A stretch of DNA of 64,000 nucleotides. Source: Camelus ferus (Eukaryota). The notes under the pieces were generated by a model, which saw only the letters and a program-made list of their open reading frames with translations, was not told the origin of the DNA and searched no databases. This document shows positions 23,490 through 35,460 of the stretch, piece by piece. The stretch lies in the NCBI RefSeq assembly GCF_009834535.1, contig NC_045705.1:59706001-59770000 (forward strand). Direction: 5' to 3'. Each line of letters opens with the position of its first letter. Position 1 is the first letter of the stretch. Position numbers and translations under genes: made by a program.

Positions 23490-25330
23490 TCTCGCTCAGT
23501 GCTGCTGACCCACCTGCCGGCTCTCCCCGGCCCGGCCCTGCCCCGCCCCACACGTGCCAGAGAGGGAGGAGGAAGGAACCAGCTTAAACGCGGGGGATGG
23601 GGAGAGATGAGGAGGCAGCAAGTCAGAACCTCGGAAAGCCAAACTTCTCAGCAGTCCGGGAGCCGAGAAGGGGGAAGAGCAGCCAAAAGCAGCAGCCAAA
23701 AGCCCTGGTTTTTCGGGAGCCTCCCACTCCGCCTCTCCGCGAGGAGGGCGCGGAGACACCGCTGGGGGCGGAGGAGGAGGCCGGGAGGCGGGGAGGGGGG
23801 AGGCAAACCCTGCCCACTCGGCTCCGAGCCCTGAACGGCTGCAGAAGTCGGAGGCCGGTGCGCAGGGAGAGGAGGGCACCCGGGGCGGGGGGCTCGGCTC
23901 CCCGCCGGACCCCTCTAGCCCCAGCCAGGAAAGTGAAGGCTCTTCGGACTGTAAAGACAGCGGACGAGCCGACCGCGACCGCCAGACGCTGCGGGTCAAG
24001 GACTTGCCCCACCCGCCCCTCTCCCCGCCCCCAAGGCGCTCCGAACTCACTGGTGAGCGCGGCGGAACGGGCGCTGGATGCGGGGGCAGCCGCGATGGCC
24101 CCGCGCGTGGGACAGCCGGAGCACAGGTGCCCGCTGCTGCCTGGGCTGCTGCTCGTGGCAGCGGCGCTGAGCCGGCCCGCCGCACCCTGTCCCTTCCAGT
24201 GCTACTGCTTTGGCGGCCCCAAGCTGCTGTTGCGCTGCGCGTCCGGCGCGGAGCTCCGGCAGCCGCCGCGGGATGTGCCGCCGGACGCGCGCAACCTCAC
24301 CATAGTGGGCGCCAACCTGACGGTGCTGCGCGCGGCCGCCTTCGCCGGCGGGGACGCGGACGGGGAGGAGGCGGCGGCGGGCGGCGTGCGCCTGCCTCTC
24401 CTGACGGCGCTGCGCCTCACGCACAACAGCATCGAGGTTGTGGAGGAAGGCGCATTCGACGGGCTGCCCAGTCTGGCGGCGCTCGACCTGAGCCACAACC
24501 CACTGCGAGCCCTGGGCGTCGGCGCCTTCCGCGGGCTGCCCGGGCTGCGCTCGCTGCAGCTCAACCATGCGCTGGCGCGGGGCGGCCCCGCGCTGCTGGC
24601 CTCGCTGGACGCGGCGCTCGCCCAGCTGGACGAGCTGCGCCTCCTCGGCCTGGCGGGCAATGCACTGAACCGCCTGCCGCCCGCCGCGCTGCGCCGGCCG
24701 CGCCTCGAGCAGCTGGACGCGAGCCTCAACTCTCTTACCGGCCTGGGCCCCGACGAGCTGCACGCGCTAGAGCGCGATGGCGGCCTTCCCGCGCCGCGCC
24801 TGCTGCTCGCGGACAATCCCCTGCGCTGCGGCTGCGCCGCGCGCCCCCTGCTGGCCTGGCTGCGCAACGCCACGGAGCGCGTACCCGACGCCCGGCGCCT
24901 GCGCTGCGCCGCCCCGCGGGCGCTGCACGATCGGCCTTTCCTGGAACTGGACGAGGCGCGGCTGCGCTGCGCCGACGGCGACACCGACGGTCGCGGGGAA
25001 GAAGTAGAACTCGCCAGTCCGGAGCTGGAAGCCTCCTACGTCTTCTTTGGGCTGGTTCTGGCGCTCATCGGCCTCATTTTCCTAATGGTGCTCTACCTAA
25101 ACCGCCGCGGCATCCAGCGCTGGATGCGCAACTTGCGCGAGGCCTGCCGGGACCAGATGGAGGGCTACCACTACCGCTACGAGCAGGACGCCGACCCGCG
25201 CCGCGCTTCCGCCCCGGCCGTCCCAACAGGCTCTCGCGCCACTTCTCCGGGCTCTGGCCTCTGAACTTCTCCTGTTGAGACTTGGGGGCCGCCCCTGCCA
25301 GCTGACGACCTTACTGGGGCAGCCTGCCCC
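23490..25330. promoter_or_regulatory. CpG island covering the TPBGL promoter and CDS
   Basis: Very high GC with dense CpG (cgcg, gcggcggcg runs) against a CpG-depleted background. GC box GCCCCGCCCC at 23540-23549, E-box CACGTG at 23551-23556, further GGGGCGG boxes near 23765 and 23882. Boundaries judged by eye. Confidence 0.9.
24095..25264 (+). CDS. TPBGL: Trophoblast glycoprotein-like protein (5T4/TPBG paralogue), single coding exon, 389 aa
   Basis: The ATG at 24095 has a strong Kozak context (gccgcgATGg) and is in frame with track ORF 23597..25264. The protein shows a signal peptide (MAPRVGQ..LLLVAAALSRPAAP), LRRNT (CPFQCYC..RC), several LxxLxLxxN repeats, LRRCT (NPLRCGC..C..C), a TM helix (YVFFGLVLALIGLIFLMVLYL) and a TPBG-family tail (NRRGIQRWMRNLREACRDQMEGYHYRYE). 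Adjacency to the ARRB1 3' end matches known synteny. Confidence 0.96.
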   Translation: MAPRVGQPEHRCPLLPGLLLVAAALSRPAAPCPFQCYCFGGPKLLLRCASGAELRQPPRDVPPDARNLTIVGANLTVLRAAAFAGGDADGEEAAAGGVRLPLLTALRLTHNSIEVVEEGAFDGLPSLAALDLSHNPLRALGVGAFRGLPGLRSLQLNHALARGGPALLASLDAALAQLDELRLLGLAGNALNRLPPAALRRPRLEQLDASLNSLTGLGPDELHALERDGGLPAPRLLLADNPLRCGCAARPLLAWLRNATERVPDARRLRCAAPRALHDRPFLELDEARLRCADGDTDGRGEEVELASPELEASYVFFGLVLALIGLIFLMVLYLNRRGIQRWMRNLREACRDQMEGYHYRYEQDADPRRASAPAVPTGSRATSPGSGL

Positions 25331-26798
25331 AAAGCCATGGTTGTCAGATACCCGCGAGCTTGGGGCTTTGAGATCTGCCCCTGACCGACCTGAGACCTTT
25401 GGATTATGGCATCTCGCCCACCCGGAGGCCCCAAGCTGTATTCCCTCTCCCCCAGCCTCTGAGACCTGTCACCATCAAAGACGCAGACACCCTCTTCTGA
25501 TTCCAGAAATTCCATCCACCCATCCCAGGCTCTGACATCCCTCCTGAACCACCCAAAGCGCCTCCTTTTCAGGACTCACCCAGAGACCCTGTCCTTCAAT
25601 CCCCAAACCCTGAGACTGCTTCCCTACCCTGTGCTTTAAGCCCAGACCTCTCAGGACTGAACATCCCCTAGACTACACTCCAGCTTAGAGCCCTCAGCTC
25701 CCTTCCAGAGCTCAGGGACCCTCACATCCCATTCTGGTCTCAGAAGCAGAGCATCCCCACCAGAAGGTTTTTGTGGAGTTTGAGCCTTTTTTTTCTCATC
25801 CCAGAGCTCTACCCTCTATCCTGCGTAGAGATCTGTATCCCGGAGCTCTGAGGGTTGGGCACTCTCCCCCAATCTGAGGATGTATTTCATACCTCCTACC
25901 ACCCCAGCTTTGGCCCAGGCCCCTTTCTTCCTTGGCCCAGGCTTGAGGCTCAGTTCCTGTCTCTCCCATCCCAGGAACAGGCACACCCCGTTATAGCCTT
26001 AGTGTCTGGCCGATCCTCAGCCTTTCCCACTTTTGGCTCTGAGCCCCCAATACTCAATTCTTGTCTCCAATCTCAAACTCTCACCTCTTTGCTTGGATCT
26101 GAGTTTCATCCCCTACCCAAGTCTTAGGCTCTCAATTCCCCCCACACCTATTGCTTGCACTCAGTACCCACGCCTACCACTCCCTATGTCTGGGTCCAGT
26201 GAGGAATCCATCCCTGTGATATGCCCATCCCCCTTTCCTCCTAGGATGAGCTCTCCAGCCCTGCAAAACAGGCGCAGGTGCCAAGCACCCCCTCCAACCA
26301 TATCAGCAGATCCCCATGGGGATCCTGGAGGAGAGAGTCCTGAGGGTGCAAAGTAGATGGTCTGGCCTCAGAACCAGGGTCACCTGACCATCTTGCTGAA
26401 GAGAAGGGTAGGGGAGGTCACCCCCACGGGCTGGGAGCTGCTGCCCACATGCTCTTTCCACCCATGTGACTCTTCTCCCCTGGGGAGTCCTTGCTGCCAC
26501 CCCCCCCAACCCTGCCCCTGAATGCCTTCTGGAAGAGGAAGGAGGTCTCTTCTGTCTCAGGCACAACCTCTCCTGTCCAGGGTCAGAGCCTCAGCGCCCT
26601 GCCTTCTGCATGATCCCAAAGCACAATCGGTGAGTGGGGAGGGGGCTGCCTCTCCCTGACTCCCACCCCCTAGGTCAGGCAGAATGGCTGGCCTGTGCTG
26701 TCTCTGCACACAGGAAGTCACCCTTCTTCAATATACTGGCTTGAGGTCTGCATTCCCACCTCAACCTGAGAAATCTGGATCTCCCCTGGGCAGTTTTC

Positions 26799-26804
26799 TA
26801 TAAA
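26799..26804 (+). terminator. TPBGL: Candidate TPBGL polyadenylation signal (variant TATAAA)
   Basis: I saw no AATAAA between the stop codon and here. TATAAA is followed ~35-60 nt later by a GU-rich stretch (gtggtgctatgtcatggaagtgttg), implying a ~1.5 kb 3' UTR. Confidence 0.35.
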
Positions 26805-29800
26805 GTCTGCAATAATATCAGATACTCTGCTCTTTTAAGTGGTGCTATGTCATGGAAGTGTTGACCTTGGATTGTTGAAGGGGGTCAGAGGACACCAAGG
26901 AGAGCATTTTGGACCTTCTTGAGGTGAAGCAATGACCCTCGGTGTCTTCTCTCAGACTATAGGAGAAGAAATGGGCTCTGACTATATGTAGTAGGACTGA
27001 GGCTAGACACATGGAGGGACTTCCCATTGGGATAGCATTGCTCTCTAAGCCAGTTTGCTTTTTATCCTGAGATAGGCTTATCCACAGCCAGGGTAGGATC
27101 TTGTGCTTCCTCTGCATCCTCTTACCCACTGGTTCCATTACCGAGGTGGAGTTGGGAGTTATGGGGGAGATACAGCTGGACTGACAAACTAGCATCAGAT
27201 GATACTATCAGGGAGAAAATTCAGGTACAGAGAATCAGAGGCAGTTAATTCAGACAGTAAAGAGGAGGGATCATATAACTTTGGCATCATCTCAGATGAA
27301 TTACCTGATACTCAATTACGTACTGTGTCACACCATGCTCTCCTGGCTAGAAGGGTAAGAACTGCAGGAGTATATGAGAGGCTAGGGGGAGAGGCAGCCT
27401 AGTTGAGGGCGTTGGGGAGTGGTGGGTAAAATAACCCCCTGAGATATGCGGAGCAAGGAGGCAGATGAGTTGTGGGCCATTAGGACCAGGATAAGAGGCT
27501 ATCTTCTGCCTCAAGGTCTCCAGGCTGGGTTATTTTACATCTAGGGTCTCAGAGCCCTAGAACCACATGGCAGAAGTCTAGAATTCTGGCATTTTAGAAT
27601 CTTAGGGCTGTGTAGTTCTAGAATTTGTGTCTTCTAAACATTGATAGGGACCTCAGAAGTAATGTGGGAAGCCTCATAAGCTGTCAACAAAGAGCACCCT
27701 CTCTTGATGAGGAGCTCACTCCCTGTCCTGGGAGCATCCCTCTCAGTGCTAGAGAAATCTGCCTGGGACTCCTTGACACTCCCAGTTTGCCTTGAGGCAA
27801 GGAGCACACCTCACCCCAGGACAGCTCTTCACAGAGTGGTTGGTCCTGCGTCAGTGTCCATATCTTCTCCCAGCAAATTCCTTACCCCTTCTTCCAGTCA
27901 TCTCTCATGAAAAGGGGTTAAATTCTCTTGAAGCATTTCCATCCATCCATGACCTTCAAAGGGTGCTCTGCGCATCCTGCAGGACAAAATAGTGATGGTC
28001 TCCCTAATACAGGTTAGAGAACTGTGTCTCTAAAAGGTCACCTCCCCAGTTCCAAAGACATGTCCTCTGATAATGTAGCCTAATACTGCAGTAAGTCCTA
28101 GCAAATGAAACATGCTACTAGCTGTGGGTTCATTGTCAGCAACAATCTTTGAGGGTTAAATACCAAATCAATAGTTGTCAAAAAATCAATAATTGAAGCC
28201 TAATGTATGCCAACTGACATTTAACCTTAGTACCATTCACTGATTCTCATCAAATGTCTCTGAGCTGCTACCCTTCTTGCAGCCTGTCAGTGGCCTTTGG
28301 CTTTATGAGACTCTCAGCAGGTTCCCAGGGCCCCCAGCCTTGCCTCCTCTGCAAATCCAGCCATTCACTTAGTCTCTATTGAATACAACTTTGCCAGTCC
28401 TAGAAAAGCTAATGACCTTGGGAGAAATTATATTCATTCAAGTTCTAGAGAAAAGAGGTGCCAGGAAACCATGAGAGCTCAGAGTAAGGGCTCTCAACCA
28501 AGCTTAGGGAAGCTTCTTAAAGTCACATTTGAGCAGGGTTTTGAAGGATGAGCAGGAGTTTGAAGAACAGAGAAAGATCAGAAGTATCAGCTTGTGCAAA
28601 GTCCTGGAGGCAGGAAGATCCTGTTAGTCTGAGAATTTGAGAAGACCATTAATGGTTGGGGGTAGATGGGACAGTGTGTGTGGGTAAGGTGATTCTGTGT
28701 TCCCTTCATTCTCCCCTGGGAGGCACTCAAGGGACTTCCACCTTCAGAAAAGAAGACAGGGAAGTGGGAAGGTGTGATATGTGGACCAGGAGAACTGCAT
28801 GGTGCCTCTTACTTGTGCCTTCCTTCTGCCCATCCTTTTTGTGCCAGGCCTCATGCCAAGCAATGAAGACAGAGAGAGGAGTCAGAGCTAAGACCACGGG
28901 AGGCCAGATGAACTAGGGGGTAAGGGAAGGGGCCACGGAGAGGCCTTGCAGGAAAAGGTGAGATGGAGGAGTCTGACTGGCCCTCCCCTTACACCCTGAT
29001 GTCACCCACCCACTCCAGACCCTCTCTCAGCAGTGCCAGGGACCGGCTAAATGTCTAGTCTCCCCCCAATCAGATGTTATGAATGCTGCTGAAGTTGTGG
29101 GTGGGCAGGGGACTGCAAGGGCAAAGCTGGGGCGGGGTGGGGTATGGAACCCCGTCTAGGATGTGCCCTTAAAGAGCAGGTACGATGGAGAGCAGGGAAA
29201 GGGGGAGAGAAAAGTTGTGTGACTGTCAGAAATGTGATAGACATGAAAGCAGTTCTGCTCCAAGAAACATGTCCGACTTCCTGGAGTTCTGTGAACCTGT
29301 GAAAACTGAAATTTCCTCTCAAAAACAAAGAGATACCATGATCACCATCTCCTTGAGAAGACTTTTACTTCTGCGACCCTTTTCCTACTCACGCTCCTCA
29401 AGTCTGAGTGGGAGCCAGTGAGGGCCCAGCTGGAGTCCAGAGGACTGAGTTTCAGTCTGAGCTCAGCATGACTTGCCGTGTCATCTGGTCCCTAATCAGT
29501 TGGAAACATTGGTTAGGCCCTACACTGTGCTGGGTGCTGGGGATTCAGCCGTGAACACGGCAGAGCCGGCGCCTGCCTTCCTGGCCCAGTCTGACCCTGA
29601 CTGTGGACATCCCCCGCCCCTCTCTGGCTCCAGGTTCCTTCTGTCCAGGCTGGGGCTGGACTTGTGACCTCCAGAGGCACTGCCGGCTCTCACTGAGGTC
29701 CATCTCCTTCTTCATTAAAGTCTCTGCCCGGCAGACTCACGGCCCTAATTTATGGGCATGGCCTTTCCTGGACTGGGAGAAGTGATGGGGGCAGTTAATA

Positions 29801-30486
29801 TTCCTGTGGTAATGGTTTGGCTGCCTTCAGAGTCCCCTCCTCCACCCCTCACCCCTCCCTCACTGCCCCCACCCTCTTCCCTCAGCACTGCCCCAGGGCA
29901 GTTTGCCTGGTACCATGCATAGCACCTCAACTAACCCTTCAGTGTCCTGGTGGGGAAGTTGAGGCCCAGAGAGTGCAGGAAGCCCATCCAGGTCACACAT
30001 CATGTCTGGAGCAGAGCAGATCCAGAGTTCAGGATGCCCCCTGCAGACATCTCTACCCTGCTCTGGGTCTGAGTGTCTGACAGGGCTGCCCCACTTCCTG
30101 ACTCTGTGTCTGTACACCCGTGATCATTGCCTCCTGCGGCCAGGCCTGTGGTGGCCTCAAGATAGGAAAAAGAAAGCCAACAAGGAAGGAGTGGGGAGTT
30201 CTCTTCAGCTCTCTTCATCAACAGCTTCCAGCAGGTCCCAGAAACCTGCTCTAGCCCCTTGCAGGCAGAAATCCTGATGAGGGATCCTTCTTGAAGGGAG
30301 GGGTGTCTCTACCTGTCTCTGAGAGGAGAAAGGGGTTTGTTCTGGACCCCTAAGCTCTGAGGTTCCCCTGCATGAAACTCATACTTCCTGAGCCCCTCCT
30401 CTCTGCTGAGCACCTGCTGAGATGGACCAGATCTGGCTCCTGTGCTCAGTAAAGATGTGATAATGGAGGCATGGAGGGCCCCTAAC

Positions 30487-30592
30487 TAGGGTGACCATCC
30501 AAAATAGGAGACTTTGGAGAGTGAAAGGGACCGCTACAAGTAATTACACTGGGACAAGAATAAGGTAGGACTGTACCAGGCTGGAGGGCCCT
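30487..30592 (+). mobile_element. MER94-like hAT-Blackjack MITE
   Basis: tagggtgacca..actttggagagtgaaaggga..taattacactgggacaa..ggactgtacc. Confidence 0.6.
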
Positions 30593-31426
30593 GGACTCCA
30601 GTGAATTTTGACAAGACCTGGTGGGGAAAAGAAAAAGTGCTAGACTGCTAGACTAGCTAGTCTACCAGCACTGTATAGCTAATACACTCCCTGTCCTTGA
30701 CTCTGTCCTCCAGCCATGCTAAACAACTTCTTGAATGCTATTCACCAGCCACACCAAACTACTCAGGTTTTAAAATGGAGCCCAGCTATTCCAGGCCCCA
30801 TACCTTTGCTCACACAGTACCCTCTGCCCAGGAAGCCTTTCCCACACAGAGGGCAGCAGGACAGCTCAAGAGCCCCCTCTGCTTTCCTGACCTCACTGTC
30901 TTCTTCCTGTCACTGGATCCCCCAGACCTTCATTTGTGCTGATTGGTTTTCTGGCCCATTATCTGCACCAGACGCTCCCCCACGGGGCTGGGTCCAGTTC
31001 CTTTCTGGGTCCCCATTCCTGGTGCATAGAGATTTGTGAGCACTGTCCCTGCCCCGCAGAAATCCGAAACACAGAGGAAGAGGCATCACGCAGGGCTCAA
31101 GGCCTCTGTCTGCTGCATGTCAGATGCCTGCTCCCTTTAACTCCCACAACCTCTCAGCTCATTGAACTGAGGCTGCGATTGTAGAAGATGCCTGCATGGC
31201 CATCCTTGTTACTGTTCAATAAAGTGAGAAAACAAAGAAAATGCAGCTTTAGAATATGTAATCATGTAAAACATAATTTAGCTTTAGCTTTTCAACTTTA
31301 CTTTTTATCACAATTATAGCTTTCTGGCCCTCCATTGGGAGTACTTGTCCAGCGTCCTGTCTGGACAACATCGGCCATTGACTGGCTCAGCCCATCACGG
31401 CCTTGGTTTCTTGACCCAGGGAGCTG

Positions 31427-31444
31427 CAGCGACATCTGTTGGCC
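31427..31444 (-). promoter_or_regulatory. Possible CTCF site between the TPBGL and ARRB1 3' ends
   Basis: The minus strand reads GGCCAACAGATGTCGCTG, two mismatches to the core consensus, within a locally CpG-retaining patch. Confidence 0.4.
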
Positions 31445-31549
31445 AATTTGTGTAAGAGCGGAACCAGCTAAAAAAAAATTTTTTTTTTTTTTGCATACAT
31501 GCACTATCTGCTGATGAATATGGGAACGTTCCTTCTTCCTTTTTGACAT

Positions 31550-31810
31550 GATCCATTCAGCAAGTATTTTATCAAGTGCCTATGATGTGCCAAGCTCTAT
31601 TCTAGGAAGAAGCTGGGGGTTGTTCTAAGCACTTTACATACATTAACTCATTTTAGTCTGATGGCAATTCTGTAAAGTAGGTATTATTATTCCTACTTTA
31701 CAAATGAAGAAAGTAAGGTACATAAGATAGATGATCAATTTGTTCAAGGTCACACTGTGAGTAAGGGCTTAGAACTCAGAGCTCATGTGCTTAGACTATA
31801 AGCAAGTAAA
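31550..31810 (-). mobile_element. L2 3' end / MIR
   Basis: cattcagcaagtattttatcaagtgcctatgatgtgccaag; ttattattcctactttacaaatgaagaaagtaagg..ttcaaggtcacac. Confidence 0.7.
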
Positions 31811-32019
31811 TAAACAAGAAAGATACTTCTTATGAGGGAAATAGAATGATGTAAGAGTGATGGGGAAGTGTGTCCTCTGAATGGGGTAGTCAGGCAGGCT
31901 CCTGTGAGAAGGTGGCTTACCCTGAAGAATGGGAAGGAAAGAGCTCTGTAAAGAGCCTAGGAAAAGTCAATCCAGGCAGAAGAAACGGTGAACGCAAAAG
32001 TGCTGAGACTGAATATTCA

Positions 32020-32600
32020 AATACGAGATGGGAGGCCAGTTCTGGCCATTCTACCCCTAAATACCCCTCCAATCGGTCCTTCTTCTTCCCCCAGCTGATC
32101 CCAGCCTCTACCTCTATCAGCTGGGTCCCTGCCCCGCTCCTCCCTGATCCCTCCACTTCCAGCTTCCCCTTTTGGCCTGTCCTCTGCAGTACAGCTGCCA
32201 GGGTGATCCTAAAAATGCATAAATCTGATCCATCTCACTGCCCCACTTAAAACCTGTTCCACTGTCTTCTGGACAAACAAACAAACAAAAAACCAAGCTC
32301 TTTGGATTGATTATCTGTAACCTCCCTCCCTATGGCTATGGTCTGGTCCCATGACATGTTAGCTCTTCTGGTTCCCTTCATTTTGTAACCACATCAAAGT
32401 CCTTACAGTTCCCTGAAGGTCCCGGGTTGTCTCACCCCAAGGCTCCCCATGTGCTACCCCTTCTACCTGAAATACTCATAAGCCTCTCTTCACCTGCCTA
32501 ACTGTTCTCATCCTTCAAAACTCAGCCAAAGCAATTCCTCCTCTAGGAAGTCTGTCTCATTTCCCATCTCACTCACCCCAGCTAACTGTGATGGTCCCTC
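32020..32600 (+). mobile_element. L2 LINE fragment
   Basis: cagctgccagggtgatcctaaaaatgcataaatctgatccatctcactgccccacttaaaacc. Confidence 0.65.
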
Positions 32601-33099
32601 TCTGGTGCTCTCCTGGCATGCCATGAGTACATGTCAGCACAAATCCACAAGAGAGAAGAGAAATAAAAGGGAAATTTACTCCATGCAGGTAACTACCCCA
32701 AATTTTTACTCCCCTGCACCATCTACCTGCTTTTGTTTAATTTTCAGAATCATCAGGAAGTTGTGTTTTGTATTTTTGTTCAGTTTTTATGTAATCAGTA
32801 GGAGGGATCGGCTGTAGTGGACTTACTCTGTCTTGGCCAGAATTTGAAACTCCTACATAGTTAATTTTAAGTTGTTGTAATTTTTAAAAGCTAAGAGAAA
32901 TGAAGTCTCAAAACACCATGAAGACTGTGACAGCAGGAGAAAAGCTCAAAGCTAAGAGGCAAAAACAAATACCTCTCCCATGTTTAGAGTCCTATTTAGA
33001 TGTCAGGCCACTCCTTCTAAATTGTGGTATCCAGGCCAACAGGATTATTTCTATTTTTTTTTTTTTTTTGAATGAGAAGATTAAGGAAGAGCTGGTGAT

Positions 33100-33720
33100 T
33101 TGCCTATTTGGTCTCAGATCTAATCCCCTGTCATTCTCCTGCTCTGTATTGCAGGGTATTGACCATTGCAAACTACATTTCCCAAGATTCTTTGAAAATT
33201 GGCTTTTAATTAGAGCCTGCCAATAGGGGGGCGAGAAGAGAGGAGAAACCAGAGTACTTCTCCCACTCTCTCTGCTTTGGGCAGCATCCCAGCGACAGCT
33301 GTGTTTCTTCTGTGTTCTATTCTTCGTATACCATCTCCCTCAACATCCCTGCTGGGCTGCCCTGGTCCCCAGCTCGGTAAAACCACCTCCTCTCTCTGTC
33401 CTTCCACAGTACAGGGGGTAGTGGTTTCCCACTGTACCTGATCTCCGGGTTGTCCTACATCCCATTTCCCCTTTCAACCCTTGCAACATTTTTATATCCA
33501 GTTTCTTTGATTAGATTCCTGTACTGAAATACTGGCATAGGCTGCAAGGGAGCATCAGAGGAAACAGACCAACTTCTGGCCAGTTAGGAGGGCAATGCAT
33601 TGATCTAAGTTGCACATTATCTTACAGGAATGTGAAAAATTGTTTTATCTATATAACCAATTTTCTAGGAAAGTCATCTTATAATCAGCAGCATCATCCT
33701 TTTGTTTTAATACAGTACCC
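33100..33720. mobile_element. LTR33/LTR16-like ERVL LTR
   Basis: gcaaactacatttcccaagattctttgaaaattggcttttaattagagcctgccaataggggggcgagaagagaggagaaacc. Confidence 0.6.
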
Positions 33721-34223
33721 TGTCATTTAGGATTCTGAATCTTCCTCACCTGTATCACCACTCCTCCCATGTGTTCTTTTAGAACAGGCAGTGGGTAAGT
33801 TGTGGAAAATGGAAGTGACTTCGGGGAGACCCAGCAGAGCAGGAGATGAGAACTGAATAAGAACCAGGGCTGGGACAAAGGCAGGACTCCAGCAGTAGTC
33901 AGTGCTGCCAAAGAGAAGGTGGGATGGCTTCACCCCAGGACCAAACCAGGGGTCATGGGATCCAGTGGTGTCTGAGTGGGATCACAGGTTTGGCAATTTC
34001 CCCAGGCCATATGGCTGGTAAATGGCAGTGAGGGGAGGAGAAAGCTTCCTGGCAGTCTCCAGAAGGGGGTACGGAAACCAGGTTGGAGTTGGGGCAACAC
34101 CTGACCCAGCCACAGGCCCCATCGCTGGTCCAGGGCAGCAGGCCCAGCATTTGCTGGTCTATGTCCTGCTGTGGGCTTATGAGATAGAAATAAAAGCACA
34201 GCCAACATTTCTCACAAAAGACC

Positions 34224-34229
34224 TTTAAT
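34224..34229 (-). terminator. ARRB1: Candidate distal ARRB1 polyadenylation signal (ATTAAA)
   Basis: tttaat on + reads ATTAAA on -. It is followed on the - strand by a GU/U-rich element (tgttggctgtgcttttatttc), giving a ~6.1 kb 3' UTR. Confidence 0.55.
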
Positions 34230-35444
34230 GGTCTCCTATTTATGATCCCTTTGTTCATTTGTCCTGTTAGAGCTGAATAAACTGTAATAACTTATCTGAC
34301 ATAATAAGGAATGCCATAGGTTCAACAGATAAACCTGGCAGGTGGTCCAGGAATAAGGGCATCACAAAAGAGTCACTCAACAAAAGGGCCACAGACCTGG
34401 AGGCCCATCCCAGTTGCTTGTCCCTCCCCACACCCAGGATCCACACACAGTTCCAGGCTCAATCAGGCTCCCACTGGGAAGGAAGAGGCATCCACCAACC
34501 CTCAGCATCTGTGGCTAGACCCTAACACTGAGCAGTGGTGCCCCGGGAAGATGGTGTATCCTACGCTCATCCCGCCAAGTGCTCTGCTGATCTGCAGGGC
34601 AGACTGTGACCACATCCCGAGTTTGTGACCCCTCCTTCATACCCACTTATCTAGACACTTGTAGTAATCCCTCTGAGGTGGGCAGAGCCCTGGTACTATC
34701 ATCTTACACAAGGGGAAACTGAGGTCAGGTTCCCAGAGGCACACTCACACTGAACGGACAACACCAGTTGGCACTTCTTCTCCCATGCCACATGGCTTGC
34801 TGTACCCTGAGTCTCACATTTTCACCTGAAATGCCCAGAGTCAGGGACAGGCAAGATTCTATGCCAAGGGCTGGGTCCCCAAAGTGCCCACCTCTTCATC
34901 AACCCTGGTGAGGGACTTGGGCAGAGGGGCAGGCCAGCAGGGAGAGAATTGGGGGGCTATGGGTGGGGAACCAGCCTCTCTTCAGGCACCCTCCTGTTGC
35001 CACACACTCAGTTGACCATAAATATGGGAACGGAGTCTTATTAGAATTGCTCAAAGGAAATTTGCTTCTTAAAAGGTCTCTGTAATCTTGCCTTCATAGG
35101 AGGGACTTGTGTCATAAAGTCCTCCCTCAGCATTTCTTTTATGAAACCAAGACTTCCATCCACCTGGCTGTACTAAAGAGGAAACTGACTCTAGTTTATC
35201 CTCCCATTACATTGCTCCTCTGTCATCTCATTGGCCTGGGCCAGGGAAGAGGGATGTCACACTGGGGCACAGATGCAAGTCCTGAGAGGGGGTTGGGCCT
35301 CTTTGCTTCCTCCACCATCCCCCACGTTGCATGGGCCAATATCAGGGCCAAGACCCATCCTCACAGCACCAGGCCCCTGCCCAAATCAAACCGAAGCCAG
35401 AGCTTCAGGGGGAGTGGGGACTACAAAGCCATCAAATGTGTACG

Positions 35445-35460
35445 TGTGTGTGTGTGTGTG
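35445..35460. repeat. (TG)8 microsatellite in the ARRB1 3' UTR
   Basis: Direct reading. Confidence 0.85.

Noticed and set aside
23496-24984. Antisense ORFs of 229, 129, 238 and 260 aa over the CpG island
   Set aside because: GC shadow ORFs of the TPBGL CDS and promoter with no recognisable domains.
24004-25278. 424-codon alternative-frame ORF spanning the TPBGL CDS
   Set aside because: It starts at TTG and contains no internal Met; the R/A/G/P composition is what a shifted frame of very GC-rich coding DNA produces.
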